Below the pieces are notes generated by a model. It ran no database searches. It saw only the letters and a program-made list of their open reading frames with translations, and was not told the origin of the DNA. The translations under genes and the position numbers were made by a program. Shown piece after piece: positions 13,101-25,787 of a DNA stretch of 64,000 bases. The stretch is from Macrostomum lignano. Lineage: Eukaryota. The DNA lies in the NCBI GenBank assembly GCA_002269645.1, contig NIVC01000934.1:62001-126000 (forward strand). Direction: 5' to 3'. Position 1 is the first letter of the stretch; each line of letters starts with the position of its first letter.

Positions 13101-13904
13101 CAAGGTTCGTTGGGTATTTGTTGAAATGCTGTGGTTTACGGTGGGAATTGCTGAAATGCTGTGACTTGGCAGGGTTAGTTTTCAACCATAAGACTCATGT
13201 GAAAGTGCCAAGATATCAAAAGGTTAGTCGCTAAAGTTTCATGCTCATGGGAAAATTGCTAAGATTTCAAAAGCTCATTGGGGAATTGCTGAAATTCTTG
13301 GGCTGAGAGGGGGAGTTGCTGAAATGCTGTGACTCGGCTGCAGGTTAAGGGTTAGGATTTGAGTTTAATTATAGAGCGATCGTCGTGTCAATCATAAATG
13401 ATTCATCAAGGAATTTCAAAGATTAAAGGGGCGAATTAGTTATATGCTTTGGCTCTTAGGGAATTGCTGACAGTTCAAGGCTTTCGGTGAAATTTAGATT
13501 TCAAAGCTTATGAGGAAGTTACTTAAATGCTCAGGCTCAAGGCTCACGGGGGAGATTGCTAACATGCCAAGACTCACTTATGGGTTAGGGTTAGGGGCTT
13601 AGGGTCAGTTTTGGTTCAATCATAGAATAACCACTCTGTTAACCATCAACTAAAGACTTGCTAAGATGGGAGTTGCTAAGATATCAAAGCTGATGAATGG
13701 AATCACTGAGTTGACAAGGCTTATGAAGAAATTGCAGAGATATCAAGGCTCATAAGGGGATTGCTGAATTCTTGGGGGAGGGGAGTTGGGTTGTTGGGAT
13801 GTCAAGGCTTACTCAGCTGAGAGAACTGCGTAGATGTCAAGGCTCGAGTTTAATTGCTGCGATGTCGATGCTTAATGGGGGAACTGCTGAGATGTCAAGT
13901 CTTA

Positions 13905-14700
13905 CTGGGAATTGCTAAGATGTCAAGTCTTACTGGGAATTGCTAAGATGTCAAGTCTTACTGGGAATTGCTAAGATGTCAAGTCTTACTGGGAATTGCT
14001 AAGATGTCAAGTCTTACTGGGAATTGCTAAGATGTCAAGTCTTACTGGGAATTGCTAAGATGTCAAGTCTTACTGGGAATTGCTAAGATGTCAAGTCTTA
14101 CTGGGAATTGCTAAGATGTCAAGTCTTACTGGGAATTGCTAAGATGTCAAGTCTTACTGGGAATTGCTAAGATGTCAAGTCTTACTGGGAATTGCTAAGA
14201 TGTCAAGTCTTACTGGGAATTGCTAAGATGTCAAGTCTTACTGGGAATTGCTAAGATGTCAAGTCTTACTGGGAATTGCTAAGATGTCAAGTCTTACTGG
14301 GAATTGCTAAGATATCAAGTCTTACTGGGAATTGCTAAAATGTGAAGGCTTTCTGGGGGAATGCTGAGATTTCAAGGCTTACTGGGGAAATGCATAGATT
14401 TCAAGGCTTACTGGGGGAATTCCTCAGATGTCAAGGCTTATTGGGGGAATTGCTGAGATTTTAAGGCTTACTGGGGGAATTGCAGCGATTTCAAGGCTTA
14501 CTGGGGGAATTGCAGCGATTTCAAGGCTTACTGCGGTAATTGCTAAGATGTGAATTCTTTCTGGGGGAATTGCTAAGATTTCAAGGCTTACTGGGAGAAT
14601 CGCTGAGATGTCAAGGCTTACTTGGGGAATTGCTAAGATTTCAAGGCTTACTGGGGGGAATTGCTAAGATGACAAGGCTTACTGGGGGGAATTGCTAAGA
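13905..14700 (+). repeat. 28-bp minisatellite (TACTGGGAATTGCTAAGATGTCAAGTCT)n with degenerate flanking copies, inside H1
   Basis: Homogeneous from ~13905 to 14330. Degenerate copies extend from 12300 to 14700 and recur in H3-H5. Confidence 0.92.
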
Positions 14701-15225
14701 TGACAAGGCTCATGGACGATGGCTGAATTGTTGGGGGTGTTAGGTTGTTGGGCGATTGTCAGATAGTCAGGTAGTACGGCTGAAGTAGCTCATGTAGTTC
14801 AGATATTGAAATAGTACACACAAGTGATGCTGATTTCTGCTAATAGGAAATACCAGCGCATTTATTAAAGGTTTCATTCTTTGATTTAGGCTAATTAAAA
14901 GAGAGGGTCTAAGGCCGTCAATGATTTGCATATTTGCTGCGGATAAGAATATGCCCCGGAAAGCGACGATATGCACTAAGAGTTTGTGCTTGAAAGGATC
15001 AGCACTATTTGCTGATTGAGAAAGGGTTTTGGGCTGATGAAGGAAACTTTTTTGGCTGATGAAAGTTCTGATTCATGGCAATTTATTTTTGCCAAAATGA
15101 GAAAAGGTAATTTTTGATTAATGGAAATCAACATTTTGGATAATTATAGTAAGGTTACTCTTGTGTCAAAATAAAAACCAATTGGTGTCATTTTAGGGCT
15201 CCCCAGCGGGGGGCTAAATGGCTAG

Positions 15226-15602
15226 TCCTATATACTAAAAATGAAAATCTTGCTTGCTTGCTTGTATGCAATCGATTATCTCCCGAAAGGCTCAACCGAT
15301 TTTCGCCGTTTCTTCGCCAAAAGATGTCAAATGTGCCCGGGACGGTACATGTAATTTTATTAAGCTCTAGCTCAATGCTAAGGGGATTAAATATTCGAAA
15401 AACTGTTTTAAATGGGCTTTTTCAATGCAAAATTCTATCAGCGAGAAACTTCACTGCCAATTTTAATGATTGCGCCAGAGCCAACTGATAAGAAAACTCA
15501 CCCGCCCCACTGCCGAGATAATTACTCTATTTAACTTGCGCAAGCCTACCCGGGGGGTATAATAAAAATTCTGGATGCTGGCAGACAGCCTACCCCTGCT
15601 AG
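15226..15602 (+). mobile_element. Short non-autonomous Helitron H2 (377 bp)
   Basis: 5' TCCTATATACTAAAAATG abuts the H1 CTAG. 3' end GCTG-GCAGA-CAGC hairpin, then CTAG. Confidence 0.72.
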
Positions 15603-16324
15603 TCCAATATACTAAAAATGAGTTGTTTGTTCGTTTGTTTGTACGCAATCGATTAGAGAAAAAATGGCTGGACCGATTTTCATGAGACTTGCACTGTTCG
15701 ATCAGAAATTTTCCCGTGACGGTACATGCATCGTGGCTAAGAAATTGCTCGATGCTAAAGGCATTAAATATTCGAAAAACATGCTTTTTTGCAAAGGTCA
15801 AGCAAACTTTTCGACTTGAAATGCATTGTAAGAATGCTAGAGAAAAAACTGACTGGTTGAATTCTGATTCTGAAATAGATTGCATCATCACTGAATTGCA
15901 ACTCCGACTTGAATTGAAAATGCAGTGTGGAAGCGTAGCACCAGACTTGATTTAAATTGCGTAACCACATTGTTAACTGATACTGACTGACTGAGAAACT
16001 AACTGATTATGTCATAACTGCTTCGTGTGATTTACTCCATGCTTGGATTTTAAAGTGTTGAATTATATAAGTGCAAAATTTGATGTTATCAAAACGATGA
16101 GAGCTAGCCTAGAGGTGAACAAACTGAACTGCCAAATGCAGCGATTTTAAAGTGTTGAATTATATAAGTGCAAAATTTGATGTTATCAAAACGATGAGAG
16201 CTAGCCTAGAGGTGAACAAACTGAACTGCCAAATGCAGCGACGATGGTTCGAATTTTCATAGAGTATAATTTTTTTAATTAAAGCTTTTCAACGTCAGGA
16301 AAACTAAAAGACTTTTTAAAAAGA

Positions 16325-19300
16325 AGCGTCATGTAAAAAATCATAGAAGTCTCATGTAAACAATCATAGAAGCGTAATGTAAAAAATCATAGAAGCGTCA
16401 TGTAAACAATCATAGAAGCGTCATGTAAAAAATCATAGAAGCGTCATGAAAAAATCATAGAAGCGTCATGTAAACAATCATAGAAGCGTCATGCAAACAA
16501 TCATAGAAGCGTCATGTAAAAATCATAGAAGCGTCATGAAAAAATCATAGAAGCGTCATGTAAACAATCATAGAAGCGTCATGCAAACAATCATAGAAGC
16601 GTCATGTAAAAGTCAAAAAAGCGTCATAAAAAGTCATAGAAGCGTCATGTAAACAATCATAGAAGCGTCATGCAAACAATCATAGTAGCGTCATTTAAAA
16701 AATCATAGAAGCGTCATGTAAAAGTCTAAATAGCGTCATAAAAAATCATAGAAGCGTCATAAAAAATCATCGAAGTGACATGAAAAAATCATAGAAGCGT
16801 AATGTAAAAAATCATAGAAGCGTCATGAAAAAATCATAGAAGTGACATGAAAAAACCATTAATGCGTCATGTAAAAAATCATGGAAGCGTCATGAAAAAT
16901 CATAGAAGCGTCATGAAAAAATCATAGAAGCGTCATGTAAAAATCATAGAAGCGTAATGTAAAAAATCATAGAAGCGTCATGTAAACAATCATAGAAGCG
17001 TCATTTAAACAATCATTGAAGCGTCATGAAAAAATCATAGAAGCGTCATGTAAACAATCATAGAAGCGTCATGTAAAAAAAGCATAAAAGCGTCATGTAA
17101 AAAATCATAGAAGCGTCATGTAAACAATCATAGAAGCGTCATAAAAAAACCATAGAAGCGTCATGTAAACAAGCATAGAAGCGTCATGTAAAAATCATAG
17201 AAGGGTCATGTAAACAATCATAGAAGAGTCATGTAAACAATCATAGAAGCGTCATGTAAACAATCATAGAAGCGTCATGTAAACAATCATAGAAGCGTCA
17301 TAAAAAAACCATAGAAGCGTCATGTAAACAATCATAGAAGCATCATGTAAAAATCATAGAACCGTCATGTAAACAATCATAGTAGCGTCATTAAAAATCA
17401 TAGAAGCGTCATGCAAACAATCATAGTAGCGTCATGTAAAAATCATAGAAGCGTCATGCAAACAATCATAGTAGCGTCATTAAAAATCATAGAAGCGTCA
17501 TGTAAACAATCATAGAAGAGTCATGTAAACAATCATAGAAGCGTCATGTAAACAATCATAGAAGCATCATGTAAAAATCATAGAAGCGTCATGTAAACAA
17601 GCATAGAAGCGTCATGTAAACAAGCATAGAAGCGTCATGTAAACAATCATAGAAGCGTAATGTAAAAAATCATAGAAGCGTCATGTAAACAATCATAGAA
17701 GCGTCATATAAAAATCATAGAAGCGTCATGAAAAAATCATAGAAGCGTCATGTAAACAATCATAGAAGCGTCATGCAAACAATCATAGAAGCGTCATGTA
17801 AAAATCATAGAAGCGTCATGAAAAAATCATAGAAGCGTCATGTAAACAATCATAGAAGCGTCATGCAAAAAATCATAGAAGCGTCATGTAAAAATCATAG
17901 AACCGTCATGTAAACAATCATAGTAGCGTCATTAAAAATCATAGAAGCGTCATGCAAACAATCATAGTAGCGTCATGTAAAAATCATAGAAGCGTCATGC
18001 AAACAATCATAGTAGCGTCATTTAAAAAATCATAGAAGCGTCATGTAAACAATCATAGAAGCGTCATGTAAAAGTCAAAATAGCGTCATAAAAAATCATA
18101 GAAGCGTCATAAAAAATCATCGAAGTGACATGAAAAAATCATAGAAGCGTAATGTAAAAAATCATAGAAGCGTCATGAAAAAATCATAGAAGTGACATGA
18201 AAAAACCATTAATGCGTCATGTAAAAAATCATGGAAGTGTCATGAAAAATCATAGAAGCGTCATGAAAAAATCATAGAAGCGTCATGTAAAAATCATAGA
18301 AGCGTCATGTAAAAAATCATAGAAGCGTCATGTAAACAATCATAGAAGCGTCATGTAAACAATCATAGAAGCGTCATGAAAAAATCATAGAAGCGTCATG
18401 AAAAAATCATAGAAGCGTCATGTAAAAATCATAGAAGCGTCATGTAAAAATCATAGAAGCGTCATGTAAACAATCATAGAAGCGTCATGTAAACAATCAT
18501 AGAAGCGTCATGTAAACAATCATAGAAGCGTCATGTAAAAAATCATAGAAGCGTCATGTAAAAAATCATAGAAGCGTCATGTAAACAATCATAGAAGCGT
18601 CATAAAAAAACCATAGAAGCGTCATGTAAACAAGCATAGAAGCGTCATGTAAAAATCATAGAAGGGTCATGTAAACAATCATAGAAGAGTCATGTAAACA
18701 ATCATAGAAGCGTCATGTAAACAATCATAGAAGCGTCATGTAAAAATCATAGAAGCGTCATGTAAACAAGCATAGAAGCGTCATGTAAAAATCAAAGAAG
18801 CGTCATGTAAACAATCATAGAAGCGTCATGTAAACAATCATAGAAGCGTCATAAAAAAACCATAGAAGCGTCATGTAAACAATCATAGAAGCATCATGTA
18901 AAAATCATAGAACCGTCATGTAAACAATCATAGTAGCGTCATTAAAAATCATAGAAGCGTCATGCAAACAATCATAGTAGCGTCATTTAAAAAATCATAG
19001 AAGCGTCATGTAAACAATCATAGAAGAGTCATGTAAACAATCATAGAAGCGTCATGTAAACAATCATAGAAGCATCATGTAAAAATCATAGAAGCGTCAT
19101 GTAAACAAGCATAGAAGCGTCATGTAAACAAGCATAGAAGCGTCATGTAAACAAGCATAGAAGCGTCATGTAAACAAGCATAAAAGCGTCATGTAAAAAA
19201 TCATAAAAGCGTCATTTTAAAAATCATAGAAGCGTCATGTAAAAATCATAGAAGCGTCATGCAAACAATAATAGAAGCGTCATGGTAAAATCATCGAAGC

Positions 19301-19330
19301 GTCATGCAAACAATCATAGAAGCCTCATAT
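16325..19330 (+). repeat. 22-23-bp satellite (AAACAATCATAGAAGCGTCATGT)n, ~130 copies, inside H3
   Basis: Direct periodicity; copy number estimated from length. Confidence 0.96.
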
Positions 19331-20280
19331 AAAAACTAATGAAAGTGTCATTTAAAAAATTAAGAAGAATAATGGAAGAATAAAAGAAGCGTCATGTAAA
19401 AATCAAAAGAAGCGCCATGTCAGACATGAAAGGTGTCATATAAAAATTAAATGAAGCTATAGTACAGTGCTGTGCTGGGGAGAATTACTGAGACGTCAAG
19501 GCTCACAGAGAATAACTGAGATTACAGGTGGGGGGGGGGTTTCTGAGATGTCAAAGCAAAAGTCAGAAGCTACTTCAAAGTTCATGTACTTTACTCAATT
19601 TTTATTACATTCATTGTTGGCTCGCCACAGGGGGGGCGCTGATAGAAGCAGAGTCATGTAAAAAATAAAAGTAGCACTATGTATACATATAAGAAAAGTC
19701 ATGTCGAAGTTAAAAGATTCATTTGGGAATTGCTACGATGTCAAAGCTAGGTGGAAATCGTTATAGTGCTGTGATTCTTAAAGAAGGAATCACTAAAATT
19801 CCAAGGCTTAGGGGAGAAGAATTGCTGAGATTTCAAGGCTTTAGGTTGGGTTAAAGTTAGGTTTAGGTCAGGTGTGGGTTGAGGGTTATATTTTATCGGG
19901 TTTCAAGGTTAACAGGGGATTTTTTAGATTTCAATGTTTATGGGGGCCATTGCTGACATGTCAAGGCTTACGGGGGGAATAGCTGACATGTCAAGGCTTA
20001 CGGGGGGAATAGCTGAGATGTCAAGGCTCACGGGGGTATAAATGAGATTTCAAGGCTAAAGTCAGAAGCTACATGTAGTTTAATGAAAACTTTTTATTAC
20101 ATTTTTTGTTGGCTCCTCAGGGCTCACTGATAGAAAAAGCATAATGTAAAAAATAAAAGAAGCTTCATGTCGAAGCGAAGAGATTCATTTGGGAATCCCT
20201 ACGATGTCGAGGCTTGCAGGGAATCGCTATAACGCTGTAGTAGTGCTATAATGACTCAGAATTACTGAAATTTCAATGCT

Positions 20281-20353
20281 TTAGGGTTAGGTTAGGGTTA
20301 GGGTTAGGGTTAGGCTAGGGTTAGGGTTAGGGTTAGGCTAGGGTTAGGGTTAG
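20281..20353 (+). repeat. Interstitial (TTAGGG)n tract inside H3
   Basis: About 12 TTAGGG-type units with TTAGG and CTAGGG variants. Confidence 0.9.
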
Positions 20354-21469
20354 AAGGTTGACAGATTTTTTTAGACTTCAAGGCTTATTTGGGGCATCGC
20401 TGAGATGTCAAGGGGGGAGTTGATTTGTTAAAGCTTGTGGGGGGAATTACTGACATTTCAAGGCTTACAAGGGACTTCTGAGGTATATTGCAAAGAGATG
20501 CTACATGTAGTTTATTACAAAACTTGTACTGTATTTTTGGCTCCCTAACGCTAAGATACTAAGCTAAAAAATACTACTAGCTCTTCACAAACTTATGCAG
20601 ATGTCAGGCTGTAGGGTTAGTGTTAGGGTTGGTATTAGGGTTTAGGTTTAGGGTTAGGTTCAGGGTTATTGCGTTAAGATTCGGGTTATTAGGGTTAGGG
20701 TTAGGGTAGCTTATAACTTGGCTCATTTAGCTTATTAAAAATGTTTATCATGGAAGCATCATGCAAAAATAATGGAAGCGTCATGCAAAAACAATGGAAG
20801 CGTCATGCCAAAAATCATAGAAGCATCGATCATGCAAAAACTCATGGACAAAATATTGAATTTAGGGTTTTGGTTAGGGTTAGAATTTTGACAGGAGATT
20901 TTTTAAGATTTCAAGGCTACATGTAGCTTATTAAAAATACTTGTATTGCATTTCTTTGGCTCCCCAACGGGGGGCGTAGATTGCTAGTCCTATCCTATAT
21001 ACTAAAAATGAAATGCTTGGTTGCTTGCTTGTAATTGATTTTCTCCCGAACGGCTCAACCGATTTTCTTCAAACTTGCACCATTCGATCAGAAATTTTCC
21101 CGGGACGGTACATGCATATTGGCTAAGAAATTGCTCAATGTTAAAGGGATTAAATATTCGAAAAACATGATTTTTTGCAAAGGTCAAGCAGCTCTTTCGA
21201 ACTGAAATGCATTGTAAGAATGCTAGAGAAAAAACTGACTGGTTGAATTCTGATTCTGAAATAGATTGCATCATAACTGAATTGTAACTCCAACTTGAAT
21301 TGAAAATGCAGTGTGGAAGCGTAGCACCAGACTTGATTTAGATTGCGTAACCATATTCTCAACTTTAATTGAGACTGATACTGACTTGCCTGGGAAATTG
21401 ATTATGTCATAACTGCTTCGTGAGTGAGTGTTGAATTATATAAGTGCTACAATTTCATAAGACAATTCG

Positions 21470-21540
21470 AAAAGAGCTAGCCTAGATGTGAACAGACTGG
21501 ACTGCAAATGCAGCGACCTGGGTTCGAATCTTAGTAGTGA
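21470..21540 (+). pseudogene. tRNA-Cys(GCA)-like remnant inside the Helitron; homologous copies at ~16197-16260 and ~23839-23900
   Basis: A-box-like TAGCCTAGATG, anticodon-like arm CTGGA-CTGCAAA-TGCAG and T-arm CTGGG-TTCGAAT-CTTAG. The acceptor stem is not intact. Confidence 0.55.
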
Positions 21541-21587
21541 AAAGTTTTTTATTAAAAGCTTTTATTCAAGGACAAATAAAGGACAAA

Positions 21588-22115
21588 AGGCGTCATGTAA
21601 ACAATCATAGAAGCGTCATGTAAACAATCATAGAAGCGTCATGTAAACAATCATAGAAGCGTCATGTAAACAATCATAGAAGCGTCATGTAAAAAATCAT
21701 AGAAGCGTCATGTAAACAATCATAGAAGCGTCATGTAAACAATCATAGAAGCGTCATGTAAACAATCATAGAAGCGTCATGTAAACAATCATAGAAGCGT
21801 CATGTAAACAATCATAGAAGCGTCATGTAAACAATCATAGAAGCGCCATGTAAAAAATCATAGAAGCGTCATGTAAACAATCATAGAAGTGTCATGTAAA
21901 AAATCGTAGAAGCGTCATGTAAACAATCATAGAAGCGTCATGTAAACAATCATAGAAGCGTCATATAAAAATCATAGAAGCGTCATGTAAAAATCATAGA
22001 AGCGTCATGTAAAAAGCATAGAAGCGTCATGTAAACAATCATAGAAGCGTCATATAAAAATCATAGAAGCGTCATGTAAAAATCATAGAAGCGTCAAGAA
22101 AAAATCATAGAAGCC
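21588..22115 (+). repeat. 23-bp satellite array inside H4, ~23 copies
   Basis: Same unit as 16325-19330. Confidence 0.95.
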
Positions 22116-23027
22116 TCATTTAAAAACTAATGAAAGTGTCATTTAAAAAATTAAGAAGCGTCACGGTAGAATAAAAGAAACGTCATGTCAGACATGAAGG
22201 GTGTCATGTAAAAATTAAATGCAATTATAGTGCTGTGCTGGGGAGAAAAACTGAGACGTCAAGGCTCTCAGAGAATAACTGAGATTACAGGGGGGGGGGG
22301 GTTCTGAGATGTCAAAGCAAAAGTCAGAAGCTACTTCAAAGTTCATGTACTTTACTCAATTTTTTAATTACATTCTTTGTTGGCTCGCCACGGGGGGGGG
22401 CGCTGATAGAAGAAAAGTCATGTAAAAAATAAAAGTAGCACTATGTATACATAAGAGAAAAGTCATGTCGAAGTTAAAAGATTCATTTGGGAATTGCTAC
22501 GATGTCAAAGCTTGGTGGAAATCGTTATAGTGCTGTGATTCTTAAAGAAGGAATCACTAAAATGTCAAGGCTTAGGGGAGAAGAACTGCTGAGATTTCAA
22601 GGCTTTAGGTTGGGTTAAAGTTAGGTTTAGGTCAGGTGTGGGTTGAGGGTTATATTTTATCGGGTTTCAAGGTTAACAGGGGATTTTTTAGATTTCAATG
22701 TTTATGGGGGCCATTGCTGACATGTCAAGGCTTACGGGGGGAATAGCTGAGATGTCAAGGCTCACGGGGGTATAAATGAGATTTCAAGGCTTAAGCCAGA
22801 AGCTACATGTAGTTTATTGAAAACTTTTTATTACATTATTTGATGCCTCCTCAGGGGAGGGATCGCTGATAAAAAAGCGTAATGTAAAAAATAAAAGAAG
22901 CTTCATGTCGAAGTTAAGAGATTCATTTGGGAATCCCTACGATGTTGAGGCTTGCAGGGAATCGCTATAATGCTGTAGTAGTGCTATAATGACTCTTAGA
23001 GAGAATTATTACTGAAATTTCAATGCT

Positions 23028-23077
23028 TTAGGGTTAGGTTAGGGTTAGGGTTAGGGTTAGGCTAGGGTTAGGGTTAG
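23028..23077 (+). repeat. Interstitial (TTAGGG)n tract inside H4
   Basis: Same position in the element as the H3 tract. Confidence 0.88.
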
Positions 23078-23944
23078 AAGGTTGACAGATATTTTTAGAT
23101 TTCCAAGGCTTATTTGGGCCATTGCTGAGATGTCAAGGGGGGGAAGTTGATATGTTAAAGCTTGTGGGGGGGGATAACTGACATGTCAAGGCTTACAATG
23201 TTTGACAGAAGATTTTTTAAGATTTCAAGGATACCCTGGTACATGTAGCTTATTAAAAAAACGTGTATTGCATTTCTTTGGCTCCCCAACGGGGGGCGTA
23301 GATTGCTTCCAATATACTAAAAATGAAAATCTTGCTTGTTTGTTTGTTTGTTTGTACGCAATCGATTAGAGAAAAAATGGCTGGACCGATTTTCATGAGA
23401 CTTGCACTGTTCGATCAGAAATTTTCCCGTGACGGTACATGCATCGTGGCTAAGAAATTGCTCGATGCTAAAGGCATTAAATATTCGAAAAACATGCTTT
23501 TTTGCAAAGGTCAAGCAAACTTTTCGACTTGAAATGCACTGTAAGAATGCTAGAAAAAAAACTGACTGGTTGAAATCTGATTCTGAAATAGATTGCATCA
23601 TAACTGAATTGTAACTCCGACTTGAATTGAAAATGCAGTGTGGAAGCGTAGCACCAGACTTGATTTAAATTGCGTAACCATATGATTATGTCATAACTGC
23701 TTCGTGTGATTTACTCTATGCTTGGAGTTTTGAAACTTATAATTATATTATCTAAATATACTAAATATCTAATATTTGTATGCTTGCTTGTCCATAACGC
23801 TCTAGTAGAAGTGCTAAAATTCATGTTATCAAAACGATGAGAGCTAGCCTAGAGGTAAACAGACTGACTGCTAAATGCAGGGACGATGGTTCGGATTTTT
23901 AGAGAGTTTTTTTAATTAAAGTTTTTTAACGCCAAAAAAACTAA

Positions 23945-24800
23945 AAAATCATGGAAGCGTCATGTAAAAAATCATAAAAGCGTTATGTAAAAAATCATGG
24001 AAGCGTCATGTAAAAAATCATAAAAGCGTTATGTAAAAATCATAGAAGCGTCATGTAAACAATCATAGAAGCGTCATGTAAAAATCATAGAAGCGTCATG
24101 TAAAAAATCATAGAAGCGTCATGTAAAAAATCATAGAAGCGTCATGTAAACAATCATAGAAGCGTCATGTAAAAATCATAAAAGCGTTATGTAAAAAATC
24201 ATAGAAGCGTCATGTAAAAAATCTTAGAAGCGTCATGTAAACAATCATAGAAGCGTCATGTAAACAATCATAGAAGCGTCATGTAAAAAATCATAAAAGC
24301 GTTATGTAAAAAATCATAGAAGCGTCATGTAAAAAATCATAGAAGCGTCATGTAAAAATCAAAGAAGCGTCATATAAACAATCATAGAAGCGTCGTGTAA
24401 ACAATCATAGAAGCGTCATGTAAAAATCATAGTAGCGTCATGTAAACAATCATAGAAGCGTCATGTAAACAATCATAGAAGCGTCATATAAACAATCATA
24501 GAAGCGTCATCTAAAAAGCATAGAAGCGTCATGTAAACAATCATAGAAGCGTCATGGAAAAAGCATAGAAGCGTCATGTAGACAATCATAGAAGCGTCAT
24601 GTAAAAAATCATAGAAGCGTCATGTAAAAATCATAGAAGCGTCATGTAAACAATCATGGAAGCGTCATGTAAAAAAATCATAGAAGCGTCATGTAAAAAG
24701 CATAGAAGCGTCATATAAACAATCATAGAAGCGTCATATAAAAAAATCATAGAAGCATCATGTAAAAATCATAGAAGCGTCATGAAAAATCATAGAAGCC
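23945..24800 (+). repeat. 23-bp satellite array inside H5, ~38 copies
   Basis: Same unit as 16325-19330. Confidence 0.95.
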
Positions 24801-25708
24801 TCATTTAAAGACTAATGAAAGTGTCATTTAAAAAATTAAGAAGCATCATGGTAGAATAAAAGAAGCGTCATGTCAGACATGAAGGGTGTCATGGAAAAAT
24901 TAAATGCAGCTATAATGCTGTGCTGGGGAGAAAAACTGAGACGTCAAGGCTCTCAGAGAATAACTGAGATTACGGGGGGGGGTTCTGAGATGTCAAAGCA
25001 AAAGTCAGAAGCTACTTCAAAGTTCATGTACTTTACTCAATTTTTTAATTACATTCTTTGTTGGCTCGCCACGGGGGGGGGGCGCTGATAGAAGAAGAGT
25101 CATGTAAAAAATAAAAGTAGCACTAAGTATACATAAAAGAAAGGTCATGTCGAAGTTAAAAGATTCATTTGGGAATTGCTACGATGTCAAAGCTTGGTGG
25201 AAATCGTTATAGTGCTGTGATTCTTAAAGAAGGAATCACTAAAATGTCAAGGCTTAGGGGAGAAGAATTGCTGAGATTTCAAGGCTTTAGGTTGGGTTAA
25301 AGTTAGGTTTAGGTCAGGTGTGGGTTGAGGGTTATATTTTATCGGGTTACAAGGTTAACAGGGGATTTTTTAGATTTCAAGGTTTATGGGGGCCATCGCT
25401 GACATGTCAAGGCTTACGGGGGGGAATAGCTGAGATGTCAAGGCTCACGGGGGTATAAATGAGATTTCAAGGCTAAAGCCAGAAGCTACATGTAGTTTAT
25501 TGAAAACTTTTTATTACATTATTTGATGCCTCCTCAGGGGAGGGATCGCTGATAAAAAAAGCGTAATGTAAAAAATAAAAGAAGCTTCATGTCGAAGTCA
25601 AGAGATTCATTTGGGAATCCCTACGATGTCGAGGCTTGCAGGTAATCGCAATAATGCTGTAGTAGTGCTATAATGACTCTTAGAGAGAATTACTGAAATT
25701 TCAATGCT

Positions 25709-25787
25709 TTAGGGTTAGGTTAGGGTTAGGGTTAGGGTTAGGGCTAGGGTTAGGCTAGGGTTAGGGTTAGGTTTGGATTAGGGTTAG
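25709..25787 (+). repeat. Interstitial (TTAGGG)n tract inside H5
   Basis: Same position in the element as the H3 and H4 tracts. Confidence 0.88.

Larger units (their letters stand above)
9055..15225 (+). mobile_element. Non-autonomous Helitron H1 (~6.2 kb)
   Basis: 5' TC after A. 3' end GCTCCCCAGCGGGGGGC hairpin, then CTAG. No TSD and no RepHel ORF. Contains a ~610-bp internal duplication and 28-bp repeats. Confidence 0.8.
15603..20987 (+). mobile_element. Non-autonomous Helitron H3 (~5.4 kb) with central 23-bp satellite
   Basis: 5' TCCAATATACTAAAAATG. 3' GCTCCCC-AAC-GGGGGGC hairpin plus GTAGATTGCTAG. Confidence 0.85.
20988..23307 (+). mobile_element. Non-autonomous Helitron H4 (~2.3 kb); terminal AG missing
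   Basis: 5' TCCTATCCTATATACTAAAAATG. The 3' hairpin ends GTAGATTGCT and is fused directly to the next TC. Confidence 0.82.

Noticed and set aside
20281-20353. True chromosome end
   Set aside because: The TTAGGG tracts are short, degenerate, internal and repeated inside sibling Helitrons.
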